Below, piece by piece: positions 1 through 13,550 of a stretch of 64,000 nt of DNA (its first letter is position 1; every line of letters starts with the position of its first letter). The notes under the pieces were generated by a model. It ran no database searches. It had not been told where the DNA came from and was given only the letters and a program-made list of their open reading frames with translations. Location of the stretch: positions 7,440,001 to 7,504,000 of the forward strand of contig CDPCPM010000164.1 in the NCBI GenBank assembly GCA_976551045.1, written 5' to 3'. Both the position numbers and the translations under genes were made by a program. This stretch comes from Glaucostegus cemiculus. Lineage: Eukaryota.

Positions 1-2782
1 TTCATTGTCATGCTTGCTAACGCACATTAAACTGATAAATAAGTCAGGTGAAAAAAAATAATCCCTTGAATACATTCTGGCTCCTATGACCCTGCTTACA
101 GTGACACATGTTGATTGTTACCAGCTGTCCTAAAATGCCTCTAGAGGGAAACATTGCTCATCACAGAATAATTCCTGCTAACCTGAGTTATATATGCACC
201 AAGCTGATAAATTAGAGGACTGTTTTGTACATGTTGAGCTCCCATGTCACTGTAATATTTAAGCAGCTGCTTCTTCAGGCACAAAATGATATTAAAATGC
301 ATGTCTCTAATTTATGCATGAAGCCTCGGGTTTTGATTTTATTGGCGACTGCTATTTCCTTTTGAGGTGGAGAAGGGTTTATAGAATAGTCTATAACCAT
401 TGTGCAGGTTCACCATTCCGTTTTGCTGTATTATCTAAACTACATAGGAAAAACTGTAAAATGTCAACAGAAGTGTAAAATTGAATAAAGAGGCAGGAGT
501 TGAGGAAAATGCACAGGTCATTTGGCAACTGAATAGAAAAATAGATTTCAAGTGCAGCACAGCTAACCTGTTAATCTGTCATTCTAATCCAGATTATGAC
601 CAAGTTTCTGTGCATCTCTGGATTTTACTGTTCTTTCTTTAATTTTTCAACATTTTGTGTTCTTCCTATTTCATCAGGAAAATGTTTTATGTATGATTTA
701 TGTCAACAATTCTGGAATCCTGTTGGGCAGGAGAGTAATGTAGTGTCTGCTTCCTAACAATGTCATAATGACTGAACACTGAGTCATATTCTTATACTTG
801 TTAAAAATGTGATATTTTAACAAGTATAAACCTTTGCTGATGTATATATACTGTGTCTTAATGAATTCTGAAGACATTACAAAAGCATTTTCTTCAGTGG
901 GATTGATTGATTGTTGGTGTTCCACTATATACAGTGTACATTATATGAAATAGCTTTGTTTGAAGAAAACATGAGCTATTTGTGAGGATGTAGCATTGCT
1001 AGGCTGTAGATAGACTTCAGATACTAATGTGGCAGTTTATAACTCCATAATGCTATTTTAATGTGACACACTATTAGCTACAGATCACATCCAGCTCAGC
1101 TTTGAAGGAGAGTGCTTAGGTGCAGAGGTGGGAGTAAATTTCCCTGCTATTTCAGCATACTTACATACGCAAATCCTTTCATGAGGCTGTGAAAAGGAGA
1201 ACAATTTAAAATTGTGAATGAAAGCGGGTGCTATGTGGCAATCTGGGCAGCTTTTGTGCAAAATATCGTTTGAGTATTTCTTAACAAGAGTGTATTGTTA
1301 AAGTTTGCTCATGCAAATTTTGCTTTAAGGAGGTGATGAGTGTGAAATGGCCCCAGTGTGGGGCAAGGGAGAGATTTTCTGCTTTCAGTCTCCCACAGGT
1401 GGAGAGCAAAAGAGCCTAATTCTTTCCAGCATTTTCTGTTTTTATTGAACAATACATTATTTTGCATGTTCTGGGGAAGATGTTGGATAGCATTTTGGTG
1501 CTGTTCAACGATATCGGATGAGCAACTTGCCACTCATCTCTCTCCACTTGGGCTGGGTGATAATTCTTGTTGATTTGATGGCATCCTCCTGCCTTCAGGA
1601 GGACTTGCAGATCTGAAAGAATAACGCGGTGCATTAATCTTCTCTGCCTCAGGGTGGTGTCCTGCTAATGCTAGAATAATTCAAATTCTGCTCATTTAAT
1701 AAAAAAGGATTATCAATATGTGCAGTCGGCGTAATGGGGACTGTTCTCCATCTATTTGTCCCCAGTTCTGCTGGTGAAGCTGGACTGTGTTACCAAGGCT
1801 GCATGGATGTTCTCCAGTTTAGAAATGTCCTTCCACTTGTTCCCATTCTCCCATTGTAACTTTGCTGGAAGTGTGATAAGGTCATGGCAGTGCTGCCGGA
1901 ACAGGTCCAAAGAAAATCACAGCCCGCACTCCTTTTACCCAGAAATGCACCAGCTGGAAATCTACCAAGGCAAAATGACGGTATATATTTCCCGAGGCCA
2001 CTGCCAGTAACTTAATGATGCATCAATAAAAACTCATTCTGGGAAAATTCTAGGCTATAACAAGTTCTACGTAAGGCAGATGAGTTATGCACTTGTTTTC
2101 ACGTCAGTGCACTTCAGAGAAATTAATTAGTATCGACGTTTGCGGCTTGAGAACACAGCCTTATGATAAACCTCTTTCGACAAAGAGAAAATATTTTGTT
2201 TCATTATTTTCAGTTTCCTCTGTAAACCATGGAGTGGCAACAATATCCATTCTTCAAAGATTAACTAAATATAGCATTCTAATTTAAGATTAGACAAATT
2301 AGGTCCTACGCAGTAACTCATTTTAGTCATTAAAAGGATCCATCATTGTACAAAACTTGATGCCATAAGAAACAATACAATAATTATACAGACTCAGTTC
2401 TATTATACATTTTTAGGAATTGCAAATCAAAGACATTATTAGAGGTTCCATTTTAGATCCTATAAACTCCAAGAGATGTCAAGAACAACACAAATCTAGC
2501 ACAAGAAGTCTCCATTACTTAGTAATATATAACGTAAACCCACTTAACTCATATGGCAGACAGGCGATGGCCGTGGTTGTGGGGTGTGAGGGTATTAATA
2601 GGGTACACAAAGCTGTAATCAGAAGGAAGATTGTATCACTAGCCAATGTTACAAAGTCAGGGAAGGATCAGGCCATGGCTCTTTATTTCTCAAATCTACT
2701 TGCCCATTAGAAAGAAAGTATTTAAGTTTGCTCCAGAATTACAGCCCTTATCAAAATGAAACCAGGCCTGAAGCACTTTATC

Positions 2783-3562
2783 AGCCATGGCTCAGTGACA
2801 GCATGCTCACTAGTGAGGGACAGGGTTATGGCACAACTTGAGTACAAAGTCTAGGCACCCAATGTCTATCCACTGGCAATTGATAATGGGTTTATTATTG
2901 TCACATATACCGACATACATTGAAAAGCTTTTGTCTGCGTGACATCAGACAGATCATTCAATACTTAAGTATATCAAGGTAGTTCAAGAGGAAAAACTAT
3001 AACAGAATGCAGAATATAGTTTTACAGTTACAGAGAAAGTGCAGTGCAAGGGCCATGATGAGGTAGCTTGAGGGATCAGGAGTTCTTTATCGTACATCAG
3101 CTCTGTTCAAGTGTCTTATAACAGTGAAATAGAAGTTATCCTGGAGCTGGTTGTACATATTCTCAAGCTTTTGTATCTTCTGCCTGATGAAAGATGGGGA
3201 GAAGAGATAATGTCTAGGGTGGGAGGGGTCTTTGATCATGATGGCCGCTTTCCCACTGAGAGGGTATCCATTAGCAGCAAAACTAAACTGGGGCTTTGCC
3301 TATTCTATCAGTGGTGCAAAAGATACTATGGGACAAATTCAAAGATTAGTAAAGGAGTTTTGGCCAATTTTTAAATCCCTCAGTTAATGTTACTAAAACA
3401 GATTAATTATTCACTATCTTACTGCTAGCTGTCTGTGCACAAAATGACCATTATGTTTCATGACATTGCAATATTGATTACATTTCAAGAGTATTCTGTC
3501 ATTTGTAAAATGCTTTAGGGGGTCCTTAGGGTGTGAAGAGCAACCTATAAATACAAGTTCTC
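2783..3562 (+). mobile_element. Decayed Deu-SINE-like element (SacSINE1/AmnSINE type), split by a Rex1-type insertion
   Basis: tRNA-like head AGCCATGGCTCAGTG...CTTGAGTACAAAGTCTAGGC at 2783-2860. Body and tail TCCCTCAGTTAATGTTACTAAAACAGATT...GCTGTCTGTGCACAAAATG...CTATAAATACAAGTTCT at 3375-3562 resemble shark Deu-SINE consensus as recalled. Boundaries approximate. Confidence 0.5.
2880..3260 (-). mobile_element. Rex1/Babar-type LINE, 3' fragment, decayed
   Basis: Minus strand translates to KAAIMIKDPSHPRHYLFSP..SSGRRYKSL, matching the Rex1 ORF C-terminal motif KDPSHPGHxLFxLLPSGRRYRS. The 3' UTR carries AATAAA on the minus strand. Confidence 0.7.
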
Positions 3563-6500
3563 AGGAGTATTTTGGGATGGGCATTAGATGCTGATGTTGC
3601 AAGGAATGCCCAAGTCTTCATAAAAGAATACAGTAGTGTGCTTCCATGCTTTTCTCTTTGGATGTCAGAGAACAGCTAGAGAAAAATCAGCCCAATTCCT
3701 TGTGAGCTCGTCTTTAGATACACAATTGCTCAAAAAGCTTGATCTACTGGCAAGACAAAACCATCTTTGGAAAGAAATAAGGAGAGCTAGTGAGGGAAAT
3801 GTAATTAGTACACGTGCAGCAAGCAACGCTACTTTAGTAGGGCAACTAAGACACATTTCTGAAGCAGTGAAGATAAAGCTTTGTTCTGCAACTAGTTATA
3901 CTGAGATGGAAGTGGTAGGTGCTGATATTCAAAATGGAAAAGAGTTAGAGCACCCAATTATAATCGCTTAGAAAATTCAATACAAGTTCACGCAAAGAAG
4001 AAATTCTATTAGACGTTCACTTTTGTGCCTTGTAGTAATCTGCATAGAAAACTAAAATAATTTGTGAGTAACCTCTGACACAGCCATCAAAATTGAATGA
4101 GAATTGGGCTTCCTGTACCAAATGATGTTTGTTCCCAGTACTGTGCTGTGTATCCTTACAAAGCACTTGCATTGTTGTGTAAGTGCAGAAGTTTTGTGAT
4201 CAATCACTCTGAAGTATGGCATATTCAGTCAAAAAACAGATAATCGTGCCCTTTTAATAGTTCATGAGTTTAATATCTTCAGGTCACGATTGTAGTATGT
4301 GAAGCAGGAAAGTTACATTCGTAACAATGAAGTTGATCGCTTCTAAAATATTAAGTAATTTATCACAATATTGTACTCACTTGTCAAGAACATTCCTGTA
4401 ATAGGAGTTCACATTGAAACATTAACACAGTGACAAGGAAATGAATCGGTATTATTTTCACTGGAGTGAAAAGCAAAGTTCCTGGCACAGTCCATGGTTG
4501 GGATGTAATTCCTCCTGTCAGCTTTACATACAACAGGACTGATAAAGGTGGACATGGAGGAAGGCGTAATTGCCCTCACAGGACTTTGGAAAAAGATGCA
4601 TGTTTTAGGAGTTTACTGATGCAAGATGAAGATTTATTGAGAAAGCAGCAGCATATCACTGGTATAAAGCTTACTGGAGGAAATGAAGTAATAAGGTAAA
4701 AAGAAGAGGCAACACATTTTGAAAAGCAACAATAAAAGTAGAACCTGCTAAATAGAAATACAGTCCATCGGATAGCTCAAAGACAAAAGCTTCAATGAAA
4801 TTGGCATTCTCTAGCTGAAAAAGCCCCTGTGCAAAACTTACAAAAAGTACTGGTCAGAAGTTTAAATATTGCAACTTACTTTCCCAATGTGCTTAATACC
4901 TTCTAAGTAAATGAATGTCATTGGATTATAAAGAAACGTTTGCACTCATAATCACAGAGCACTGCAAAGTGGTTTTTTTAGCCAAGTTAATATTGCAATG
5001 TAGAAAGCATGACAGTCAATTTGAACACAGCAAGCTCCCACAAAGAGTGCTAATGGCCAAATAATCCATTTCACTGATGATAATTGAAATATAAATATGA
5101 GCTGGGACAAAAAAAAGTAAATGTCAAAAGCGGCATATGAAACAAGACAAGAGTACTGAAGTTTCTGGTTATTGCCTTTTATAACACTTGGCTCTTTATT
5201 GGAGATTAAAGTCCCTCTGTTATCCTTCATCATTCTTAATTCATTTTTTGTTACTATATAAATTTGTACATATTTACAATGGAACTGAAGTTGAAGCTGA
5301 AAATACTTGCACTGTAAATTAGCTGAAAGGATTCAGTTAAATAGTATTTCACAAACAAAGCCAGTAGGAATAATATTCTACTCTAAAAAAAGTATGGTTG
5401 TTCTGACAGCTTTCTCTTAAATGATACTCATGATGAGTAATCAGGGTTTTATTCAAAGTTTATCAGTAGCATTGGCAGCTGAATTACTGTAAATTGACCA
5501 AAATACTAGCTGAGTCATGTTTCAACAATGAGCAACTGTAATGCAACAGTTTTTTAATGGGTCATAGATTGCTCCCAGGGTAACAAGATTTCAAATTTTT
5601 CTTACATTTCAAATCAAATCTGATGCCAAATTAAGAATGACAGCTAAAAATATTGTGTTTCTTTCAAGAACTATCCAAAGTATCTCAAAGAGCTTTATCC
5701 TTGAGAATTCAAATCATCCTCAACAGCTAATCTCCTAATCACTAACCTTAAAACCCAATGTAACATTTGTATACCATAATGTTTGAGCTAAATGGCAAAA
5801 TGAATCGTCAGTAATAGCTGTGCTATTATTTAAACACATAAGTACAAGTTTCTGCAGGTATGGAAAAATGTTTTAAGCAATAATTACATACCATATATCA
5901 CAAAACCGGATTTGCAATATTTTTAAAGTTAACCACATTAGAACTGTGAAACAAGCCATGGCAGAGAAACATTTTGATAAATATAATTTGCTATCAAAAA
6001 GAATGCATTTGACATATGTCTATCAATATGACTTCTATGGCAATTTACTGTCATATTATTACAACACTGAATTTACCACAAGTATTTTTTTTAGAAACCT
6101 GTACTGCGCAAAATATTTAGAATTATCTTAAATTATATAAATGTGATAAAGAAAGAAAATACTGTTGCCTGGAGTTCACCTTAGGTCTGTAGTACTAAGC
6201 AAACTATATATTCACCTTAGTACACTGCACTCTGCCTACAAAATCCAACCTATTAATGCTATTGCATTTCAAAAGCAGAGTACAACATGGTACTATGAAG
6301 GAATGTTTAACCCTTCTGGCAGGATCCGTATCGAATATGGTACATTCATCAACACCTGCAAAAGGACCTCAAAATCTCAGTCTGCCGTGGAATCAATGGA
6401 CATGTGTTTCTTGTTACATGCCAACTTGAGCCTAGAAATTGGGTTACTTTGTTTCTTTCCCCATAGGAGCTGTATGATCTGCCAAGTATTTCCAGCATTT

Positions 6501-8022
6501 TCTGTTTAAGGTTTGATTTAAAAGCTGAAATGTGTATTCTCTTTGCTTCATTCCCCCCTGTTTTGTGCTAATGAATTAGGAGCTCATGTACAACAGTTTA
6601 TACCTATACACCACTGAACCTTTCATAGATGGAGGAAGGGTGAAGGAGTTCCTAAGGGCATGTGTATAATAATTGACAGAAGGGCAGTAAGATTTTACAC
6701 CATCATTGCATAAATCAAATTACACATTCAAGCTTCAATGTTAAGCTTTTCCCTATCAAACCAGATGAGGGAATCATTATGTGAGGGATGAAAATTTCCC
6801 ACCACCGAAAAGCTTTAGATTTGTGGATCATAGCTCAGTTAATGCCTGCTGCTTCAGTTGGCTCATCAAGGAATATTTACCCAATTGTAGCTCAGGAGTG
6901 GGACTACACATAGGACATACCAGATAGAAGTAGTTGCTAACATCAGTGCCAGTTTATTTCCAACCCAGAGGAAAATATCTCTCAAGGAAAAGACAGTTCT
7001 GTCAGATACTTTGCACTTTTGAGGGCACAAGGTAATCCAGTATGGGGAAATTTCAAATAGATATCTTAAAAACATAATTAAAAATTAATAATGTTATGAG
7101 AAAGTTATTTACAAAGGAGTTTGACCATCAGGACCCTTCAGATAATCAAACTGATAAAAATAAATAGGAGTAAATTAAAATCTTTCTGTTTGGAAAATTG
7201 ATTAAATATTACTGTTTAAATAATGAAGTATAGTTTATTTGGTTAAGAACCAGTTAATGCATTCATATAAAATCATTTTGTACATTATTTTAATGAACTT
7301 ATTCAACTGGTTTATTTCATTTTCAACTGATTAGCATTGCATTAAAATAGTGCATAAATAAACTTGAGGTTAATGTGTTAACTATACATTATCAGGGAAA
7401 ATTAAACCCTTGAGTGTTGGTGATATTATTAGGGTGAAATTCGCTAAAGTAATCAAGCCTAAAAGTGTGAGGGAGCAAAATTAAAATATACAGTTAATGT
7501 TTAAGGACCCTCAGGAGAATGATTATCTCCACTGATATTAATTTAGCGTTTCAGCCTCACTTATTCAAGCTACAGTGCCATTGATATCATCAGCATTCTC
7601 AGCTGTTGAAGGGTTTCTCAGTGGTATCAGTAGCCACAATGCAGAGTTTAGCCTTGTTCTCATAATTGCCCATTGCCTAGTGCTGTTTCCCCTTCAAGCA
7701 ACAGTGGCACTAGGAAATGCCTCACCATAAAGACTTCACTTTTGGCTTCTTCAATTAATAACCTCTGATATGAATGAGTAAATTTCAGTAGATAGACATC
7801 ACCTGAGCAATAATTCAGTGCAAACTCTTTCAGAGTTGATGTGTGGAAAGCAAATGCATGCTTTCTGTGACTCTGAGTTCAAGGGAATCTTGCCACCTGA
7901 TAAAAACTCTATACTGTCTGGCTTCTGCTTCCCTTCCAGTGAAAAAGAAATGATGACATAGTCCCTTACAAGGAGAGAATGCCATTTGGTGGATGGATAT
8001 GTCCACAATATGTAGACACTTT

Positions 8023-8520
8023 AGAATCAGAATTAGAATTAGAATCAGGTTTACTATCACTGGCATATGTTGTGAATTATGTTATTTCATAGAAAGACAT
8101 TAAAAATTACTACAAGTTACAAAACTAAATAAATATTGCAAAACAAGAATAATGAGGTAGTGTTCATGGGTTCATGGACCATTCAAAAATCTCATGGCAG
8201 AGGGGAAGAAGCTCTTCCTAAGCATTGAGTGTGGGCCTTCAGGCTCCTGTACCTCCTTCTGGATCGGCAGGACGTGAAGAGGGCATGTCCCGGGTGGCGA
8301 GGATCCTTAGTGATGAATGGTGCCTTCTTGAGGCACCGCCTCTTGAAGATATCCTAGATGGTGGAGTGGGTTGTGGCCATGATGGAGCTGGCTGAGTCTA
8401 CAACCCTCTGCAGCCTCTTTCAATCCTATGCATTGGAGCCTCCATTGGAGGCAGTGATGTAACCATTCAGAATGCTCTTCACTGTACATCTGTAGAAATT
8501 TGCAAGAGTCTTTGGTGATT
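8023..8520 (-). mobile_element. Rex1/Babar-type LINE, 3' fragment
   Basis: (ATTCTG/ATTCTA)n tail, seen as AGAATCAGAATTAGAATTAGAATCAG on +. Minus-strand peptide RLQRVVDSASSIMATT...RRCLKKA..ITKDPRHPGHALF..RRRYRSLKAHT. Confidence 0.8.
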
Positions 8521-8879
8521 AATCTACCTAAGTTTTGCAATTTCATTCTGGATTTAAGCATTCTGGGACTAGCTTAGATGGGCACCTTGGTCAGCATAGG
8601 CCAGTTGGGCTGAAGGGCCTGTTTTTGTGCTGCCTGACTCCATGAATCACTGGCAAGATCTCAATCACTGTCTATCCCTAATTGCCATTGTATAGAGCAC
8701 ACATCTCCTACTATGTCTTGAAGAGATCATGTGCAGTTGGAACATCCAATGGAACACTAAGAAATGATAAAATGGAGAGAGATTAAATCTACAGCCCTAA
8801 GCTGCTCCACCACTGAGTAATTATGGCAGATTTGCTTCTTCATTCACTTTTCTGACTAATTCCCACTGTCACTTGGTTC

Positions 8880-9620
8880 CCTTAGTGTCCAAAAATATCT
8901 CTCATTCCTGAACTTACTCAACAACTGTACACCTCCAGATCACTGGGGTGTAAAATTCTAAAGATTTAGAATTAATCATCATCGAAGTACTAAATGGCTT
9001 ACCCCTAACCCTGACACTATGTTCTCTTGTTCTAGATTTTCCACACTAAGGAAACAGCATCCACCTGTCAATCTTTCTCAGCATGTTGTATGCCTGAATG
9101 ACATTACCTCTTGTTTTTCCTCTGAACTCCAAGGAGCTCACACTCTCATCAAGGAACAATTTCCTCAAATCTGGTGAGTCTATGCTGCATCAAGTCCAAG
9201 GCAAGTGTATCCTTCCTTGTATAGGAACCAAAACTGTGTACAGTGCTCCAGGTGTAGTCTCACCAGAGCACATGCAGTTAAGCAAGAATAGCTCATTTTC
9301 CATCCCCTTGCATGAAAGACTAACATACGATTTGACTTTTTATTTGCTTGTAATTTAAAGTTAACTTTTTGTGTTCCATAAAGTAGTACATAAAGATCCT
9401 CTGTACATCAATATTTAGTGGTTTCTGACCATTTTAAAAATATTGCTTTTCTATTTTTCACACCAATGTGAATACCTCGTATATACCTACATTATAATTC
9501 TGCTGCCTCCTCTTTGTCCACTCACTTGATCTGTCTTTCTCCCTTTGACGACTCTTTGCACACTCCTCACAGCTCATTTACCCAGCAATAAATGTGGATA
9601 TGTTGCACTATGCCTTTTAA
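8880..9620 (-). mobile_element. Old CR1-type LINE fragment(s)
   Basis: Degenerate similarity to the CR1 ORF2 3' half in reverse, e.g. CCAAAACTGTGTACAGTGCTCCAGGTGTAGTCTCACCAG corresponds to LVRxHLEyCVQFW. Confidence 0.55.
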
Positions 9621-12600
9621 TATGAGTCATTAATTTAAATTGTGAGTGGCTGTGACTCAGTGCTGATATTTTTTTATCATTCATTTGCACAAAGTATCAC
9701 TGGCACGGCCACCTTTGGGCACTGGTGGATTGAAATAGCACATTCTAAATTGGAAGTAATGCCTTAAAGATCTGAGGAAGAACTCTGTGCAAAACATTAG
9801 CTTCTGAAAGAGCAGGAGTTTAGTCTTGTGACAAGATAGCAAATAATACAGAACCTAAAGTGAAATTAGATGTATGTAAGACATGCTGCGATAGATTATT
9901 AACTGTTAATGTGACCTAGCAGACTGCCAGCCCATTGGAGAACTCACCCAATTTCCACTGCATTGATGGAGGATACACTCTGGCCAGATAAAGAGGTGAT
10001 GGTATGTAAAAAAAAAGCTATGATCTTTATGAATAGCAGTGCAGGCTCAATGAACCATAAGACCTATTCCTGCTTCTACCTTTTATGTATCATGTGTTGT
10101 AAAAATCTCCCATTGTTGACTGGCATGAAACAGTGAGAAGTACCACACAGTTAAGTTGACGCCCATCTGAATCCACAATGCATTGATAGTGGTGGACAGT
10201 GACTATTCATTAGTACATTTTATGTCAAAAAACATAATTGTGGAAAATAAATTTAATTTTGATCTTGCGCTCTAACATGGCTTGATTGGATGCTGTGTAA
10301 AACTTCCCGAGGGTTGCTGTCCGTTTATGTGTGATTTTTGGCATCACAATCTAAGGTGTTCAAATCAAATTCTATGAAACTCTGTCTAAGAGATGATGCT
10401 TGGTTTGTGACATGACTGGACTATTCATACACTTATGTTTTATCTGCAAAGATGTTCAAAATCGCTATTACAGAAGAGGGAAAAAAATTAAACATTGTTT
10501 GAGAACCAAAGGTTTGCAGTGCCCATACTAAGAAGCTGGGATCACAATAATGGACATGAGAAAAAATATGGTTCTTTGCTAGCAGCAATAAAAAATTATC
10601 ATACTGATATGATGTTCCTCAGCTGTCAACAGAGCTGCGATAACGTTGTTTGATGATTACTTTCCCATGAATGTTAAACAGCTGGCACTGCAGAGGGAAA
10701 GAAGCTTATCAGCACCTAATACTGATCTCTAATTCCTGCCCTTCTTGAACTATCCATTTTCTAACAGCATTAACTGGCAAATTTACATCCAGTCTTAATG
10801 CTGCTAAAGAGGACAGGGGATGAAGAGTAAATGACAGCAGTGTAATGAGGACAGCTTTTTTCTCCTTCCCTTTAATGGATGCTGATTTGCACAATGGTCT
10901 GTGAGCTAATATTGAGAGCCTACCTGAGCCAGTACTAACTTAAGTGACTAAGGCTTTTATGACAGTCCAAAGCCATGCTAAAAATGTACTTTTGCACTAT
11001 TCCTGCTTTCAAAGAATAAATCAAATTACATTATAAAAGGAGAAACATGGTTTAAAAATATCAATAGAATTAAAATGTCAGTTAAAATAACATGAGCATG
11101 CAATAAGTATTCATAACACTGATATTTGCCCGACATATATTTAAGGTCTATTACTTCTAGTGAAAAGCAGGCAATGCTGCAAATTCTGTATATTACAAGC
11201 TGTTCAGCAAAAGATAAAGATTAATACATTGGATAAGATCTCATGTTAGTTCACTCTGAGGTCCAATGATGCTTCTCACCTGGACTCTAGTTATTTCCTT
11301 CTATGCTGTATGTTGTCAGTATTTTCTGGGTGGAGATTTCCAGTTCCTGTTGTTTCTAATTCACCTCTGATGTTCCCATTTATTTTAGTGCTGTGCCATA
11401 ATATATTAAAACAATTCATTCTTTTTATTCCTATCCAAACGTATTTTAAAAGCCTTTAAACTTCTGTCGATTTCTTTAGCTGGAGCTGTCATTAGATCTG
11501 AAGATACAGTCATCAGATCTGATTTTCTGGCTTGCATGCTCAGAGCAGAATTTGTGCAACACAAAGGTTTCACTGCTCACTTGATGACTCACTGGTCAGT
11601 GCAGTCTCAGGTGCAGTCTCCTGAGATGACCCCTAGCTGGACTTATTTATCCATCGCCTAGAACATGTTGGACCAGAGGCTGTTGAAACCAGCAAAGTCA
11701 AGAAGGGACAGGAGGTTGTATCCTCTTTAAGGACTGTAGTTTGCATTTAAAGAGATGTGGGTACTGACAGCAAGTCATTCAGCCACTTGGTTTAGTTTCT
11801 GAAGGAATGATTGACACCAGCTCATGACCTCCATTCACTTTGCCACTGCCTGCACTGAGCACTGATACAACAATGCTTTGCTACCTTAATACTCATTGGT
11901 GTTCAAAAGGCATGACATACCGAGGGGAGCACCGCAACGCAGAACAGCCAGGGGCAATTGTATAATTAGTGTTTGCTGCATAATTTTTCTATTTTTCTGA
12001 TTGAGGAATGGAAGAGAAGCAGAATAAGCAGGCAAGCAAAACTTGTGCTAGGGAAGCCATTAACCAATAGAGATCTCATTACCCCACTTCCACATCTGCA
12101 GCTGAACTCTTAAGGGGAATTTTCAACTGAATGTGATCTGTACCCAATGCAAAATTAGCTTCTTATGCTCCATCTTTGGCAATCACATGAATTCATTCAT
12201 GACGTGCGTCACTCTCCCACTGTTATAGAGGCTTCAATGGAAACACTTGTGATGGCTGAAAATATCCTTAAATCTCCTACATATCTTCTACAGATGACTT
12301 TGAAGCTGCCAGGTTCTGCAGTATTTACATATCTACAAGACTGTTCATAATGGCACCACAGATGCAAGCAAGGTCGACTTATCTCCGATATATTTTAGAA
12401 TACTCATCCATATTGGGTGTAGTTTGGGTCTCCTTAAACTTGAAGAATACAGTTCTCTGAGAGAAGGTACAGCAAAGGTTTATCCCTAGGATGAAATCGA
12501 CATTTTATGATATTATGAATTATGGGCCTATATTCTCTGAATGCTTAGAAGAATGATTGGAGATCTCAATGAAATATATATAAAAAAAAGCATTTTATGG

Positions 12601-12914
12601 AGATCTTGACATCATAGATACTCTTCTTCTTATGCTTTCCCTTGGGATCAAGCAAGACTTCTTTTCATTCCATTTCTGTGGGTTCCATGGTAGCTGATGG
12701 GGTCAACATGGGATTCAGAGATTCAAACCCAGGTGGGGGAGGAGAAGCTCAATGGGGTGAGCAGGTGGGTAATGGGGGAGGCGGTGGGATTTCCTTCATT
12801 TTTGCTGGGCTTCCATGTGCTGCCAATGAAGAGACTCAAAGTTCTCAGTGTTGTCTCAGACGCTCCTCCGTTTTGAGCATTCGCAGGCCAGAGATTCTCA
12901 AAGAGTCAACAAAG

Positions 12915-13232
12915 ACAGAGTCATACAGCATGGAAGTAGGCCCTTCAGTCCATGGGGACTGTTGAACCCAATAATACTAATCACATTTACCTGCATTAGG
13001 TCCATAGCCTTCTATACCTTGGCAATTCAACTACTTGTCTAAATGCTTCTTAAGTGTGAGAACACCAGTCTCCACCAGGTCCTCAGGCAGCACGTTCAGA
13101 TTCTAAGTATTCTCTATGTGAAAAAACTCCCTCAGATGCCCTTTAAACCTTCTACCTATCTCCTTAAACCTATGCCTTCTTGTCTTAGACACCCCTACCA
13201 TAAGAAAAAGCTCACTATCTACTATCCTACTA
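12915..13232 (-). mobile_element. CR1 LINE 3' fragment
   Basis: Minus peptide GVSKTRRHRFKEIGRRFKGHLREFF followed by the CR1 3' UTR (GAAGGGCCTACTTCCATGCTGTATGACTCT). Confidence 0.85.
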
Positions 13233-13295
13233 TTAGGAAGCTTTGAGAATATCCTTGAATTGTTTCTTCTGTCGTCCTGGTAATCTCGGAGTAGA

Positions 13296-13550
13296 ATACA
13301 TAGAGTCATACAGCATGGAAGCAGGCCCTTCAGTCCAACTCGACCATGGTGCCCACCAAGCCAGTCCCATTTGCCCACATCTGGCCCATATCCTTCTAAA
13401 ACCCTCCTATCCATATACTTATCCAAATGGCTTTTAAATGTTGTTATTGTACCTGCCCTGATCACTTCCTCTGGCAGCTTGCTCCATATACGTACCACTC
13501 TCTGCATGAAGAGGTTGCCCCTCAGGTCCCTTCTATGTCTTTCACCTCTT
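13296..13550 (-). mobile_element. CR1 LINE 3' fragment
   Basis: Minus peptide MQRVVRIWSKLPEEVIRAGTITTFKSHLDKYM plus 3' UTR ending TGCTGTATGACTCTATG. Confidence 0.85.

Noticed and set aside
698-12350. Short ORFs (60-115 aa) in the upstream AT-rich region
   Set aside because: No recognisable domains, many non-ATG starts and no phase-compatible exon chain; consistent with random ORFs.
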